Assembly (NCBI GenBank): GCA_028534125.1 | Contig: CM052817.1 | Coordinates: 1,180,001-1,244,000, forward strand | Reading direction: 5' to 3' | Length of the DNA: 64,000 nt | Source: Lama glama | Lineage: Eukaryota | Shown: positions 62,069-64,000 of the stretch, in pieces | Layout: each line of letters begins with the position of its first letter | Numbering within the stretch: the first letter of the stretch is position 1 | Notes under the pieces: generated by a model | Databases searched by the model: none | Seen by the model: only the letters and a program-made list of their open reading frames with translations | What the model was told of the DNA's origin: nothing | Position numbers and translations under genes: made by a program

Positions 62069-63414
62069 CTGGAAGAAAGAGGGTGGCCGCTGGGGTCAAT
62101 GGGCACCACCCGTCCCTGGTAGGCGCACGTGGGTGCTGCCAGCAGGGGGCAGCACCCCCACACTCGGAGTCCTGCACAGGGAGTAGAGTGAGTCACCGTA
62201 GGCCTTGCCCACCGCCCCACAAGCTGGGTGCTGACCCTGGCAGGGGCCTTTCCATCTGAGTGCCCTCAGGCGAGTAGCTGGTCCTCCCAGTGGGCCCCTC
62301 CACTGTCTGTGTGTGATCAGGTGCCCCTGGACCGTGACCCCCAGGGCAGGCAGGGGACACGGCCTGGCCCTGGCTCCGGGGCCCACCCTCCTTGCTTGCA
62401 GAGGCAGTCCACAGCCCCGCCCTTTCTGAGCTGTGCCCAGAATTCCCTGGCAGGTGGGAGCAGTGTGGCCTGGTGGTAAGGACACTGGGAGGCAGACCTG
62501 GGTTGGCACACAGGACAGATTGCTCCTCCTCTCTGTGGGCGAGGACGTGCCCTCCAGGCTGGGGGGTGGACTCCAGGGCTAGCTGGCTGCCCTGAATTCC
62601 CAGATGTTCCTGCACAGAAGCCCCTGTGATGAGGGGCCACTTGGCCAGAGCAAGAGCCTCAGTCCGGTGGGGGGGAGGCAAGCAAGGGTCAGTCCCCCTC
62701 CCCTCACTGGAACCCGCCACAGCCTTCCAGGGAGCTAGGGGCCAAGTTCCCTGTGCCTTCTCCTCCCCTGCCCTGACCCCTGCTCCCTTGCCAGGGAACT
62801 CCATCCTGTACGTGTGCATGTGGGGGCACGCCTGCGTGTATGAGCCTGTGTGCACGCATGTGTATGCGAGGTGTGAAGACATGGACGAGAGCACGCTTCA
62901 GCGTGTGTTAGCATGTGAGGGAGGCCACAGACAGCCACGCCCCCTGAAGCGGTGGAGCCACGGCCCCTCCCTGACTCTGGGCTGGCCTCTGGCTGCTTTG
63001 ACAGATGGAATTCAGTGGAAGTGACACTATGCCTCTTCTGGGTCTCGTCTCCAAGAGGAAGGGCACCCTGCCTCCCGGCCGTCACCCCAAAATGCAGGCG
63101 ACCTTGCTGGGGCGGGTGCAGAGGGGAGGAGCAGGTGGGGCACGCACAAGTCGTGTGGGGTTGTGACCGCCTGCAACGCTGCGGGGTGGGGCCACTTCTC
63201 CAGGCAGGGGCCCTCTCAGGGTGCCCAGGGCCTGGAATGTGCACCCCTCAGCCCCCCAGCAGACAGCCCAGCACTGCTGGTGGTGGCCGTTTGTGCTGTG
63301 GCCCGTCATATAAAAGCAGGGGGACCGAGCAGAGGCCGTATCTGCCCCGGGCTAGGAGCGTGGGCCTCCGCAGGCCCTGCCTCCTGTCAGAGCCTGTCCC
63401 CAGCTTGCACTCAC

Positions 63415-63531
63415 CCTTCTTTAACTTTTCCTTGTCATCTGTTTCCGGCTTGGTGGCCATGACCTGGAAGAGGGTCTTGAGAATACTCCTCAGGTCGCTG
63501 GCATAGTTGGTCTGCAGCTGGTCGGCCACCC
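63415..63531 (-). CDS. ZFYVE28: Zinc finger FYVE-type containing 28 (LST2), internal exon (117 nt); the gene begins beyond the right edge
   Basis: ctccccctag|GGGTGGCC...AAGAAGG|gtgagt; (G)[38 protein letters not shown]. Confidence 0.94.
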
Positions 63532-64000
63532 CTAGGGGGAGGACCAAGGTGGGGGTCAGGTGCTGCTGGCTGGTGAAACCCCACCAGGGCTCACGGTCCA
63601 AGACCAGTGTGTACCCAGATGAGCAGGGACAGGGAGAGGCCTTATCCGCAGGGTCACAGCCACAACCGTTAAGCGGCCCTGGCCCCTTACCAAGCCCCTC
63701 GCTGTGCCCACCCTGACGGCAGCCCTGTGCCTCACGGCCACCCAGCATCGAGCTGTGCCCTGCCCCCCGCAAACACTGGGCCCCAAGTAACCTTTGACTG
63801 CAGGGCCCCCGCGGTGTTCCATGTGGCTGGGGAGCCGAGGGCGGATCCTGTCCAGACACAGGGCCCAGCGCCTGGCTCCTCTGCCCACCCCCAAGCCTCC
63901 ACCCAGCAGGACAACGCTCCCCCCACCCCCACCTGCAGAGCTTTTCTTCGTCCCTCAGCAGGTGCACTCAGCCCTTCTCAGTGGAAAGCAATGCTAGCCC

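Noticed and set aside
35000..64000. Many long overlapping ORFs (for example 35999..36877, 39136..40149, 40230..41141, 45491..46267, 49763..50719, 58287..59060)
   Set aside because: Pro/Gly/Ala/Arg-rich translations expected from stop-codon scarcity in GC-rich DNA. I recognise no domains apart from the parts overlapping true MXD4 and ZFYVE28 exons.

Overview
This is mammalian nuclear DNA, most likely camelid: it carries tRNA-Ala-derived vic-1-like SINEs and cetartiodactyl-type L1 3' ends, and I saw no Alu, Bov-A or PRE-1 elements. It is the POLN/HAUS3 - MXD4 - ZFYVE28 locus, with all four genes on the minus strand. I reconstructed the following by hand from GT-AG boundaries with consistent reading phase: the first three coding exons of POLN (DNA polymerase nu; the gene runs off the left edge); the complete HAUS3 CDS (4 exons, 603 aa), nested between a shared CpG-island promoter/5'UTR exons and the first POLN coding exon; the complete MXD4 CDS (6 exons, 209 aa); and the last four coding exons of ZFYVE28, including the FYVE domain. 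The left half (about 1-31 kb) is AT-rich and full of L1, ERV/MaLR LTRs and SINEs, and contains a 500-N gap. The right half is GC-rich and repeat-poor. I see no evidence of a new multi-gene system. The best leads are: (i) a uORF in the putative shared 5'UTR exon whose stop codon depends on the splice choice, ending 2 nt before the POLN ATG but 123 nt before the HAUS3 ATG; (ii) a 3'-truncated U6 retrocopy inserted into an L1 target-site duplication, leaving three copies of one target; (iii) an antisense solo LTR just past the first POLN coding exon; (iv) a MIR4800-like segment in the MXD4 3'UTR. Gene and repeat names come from my recognition of the sequences, not from database searches.
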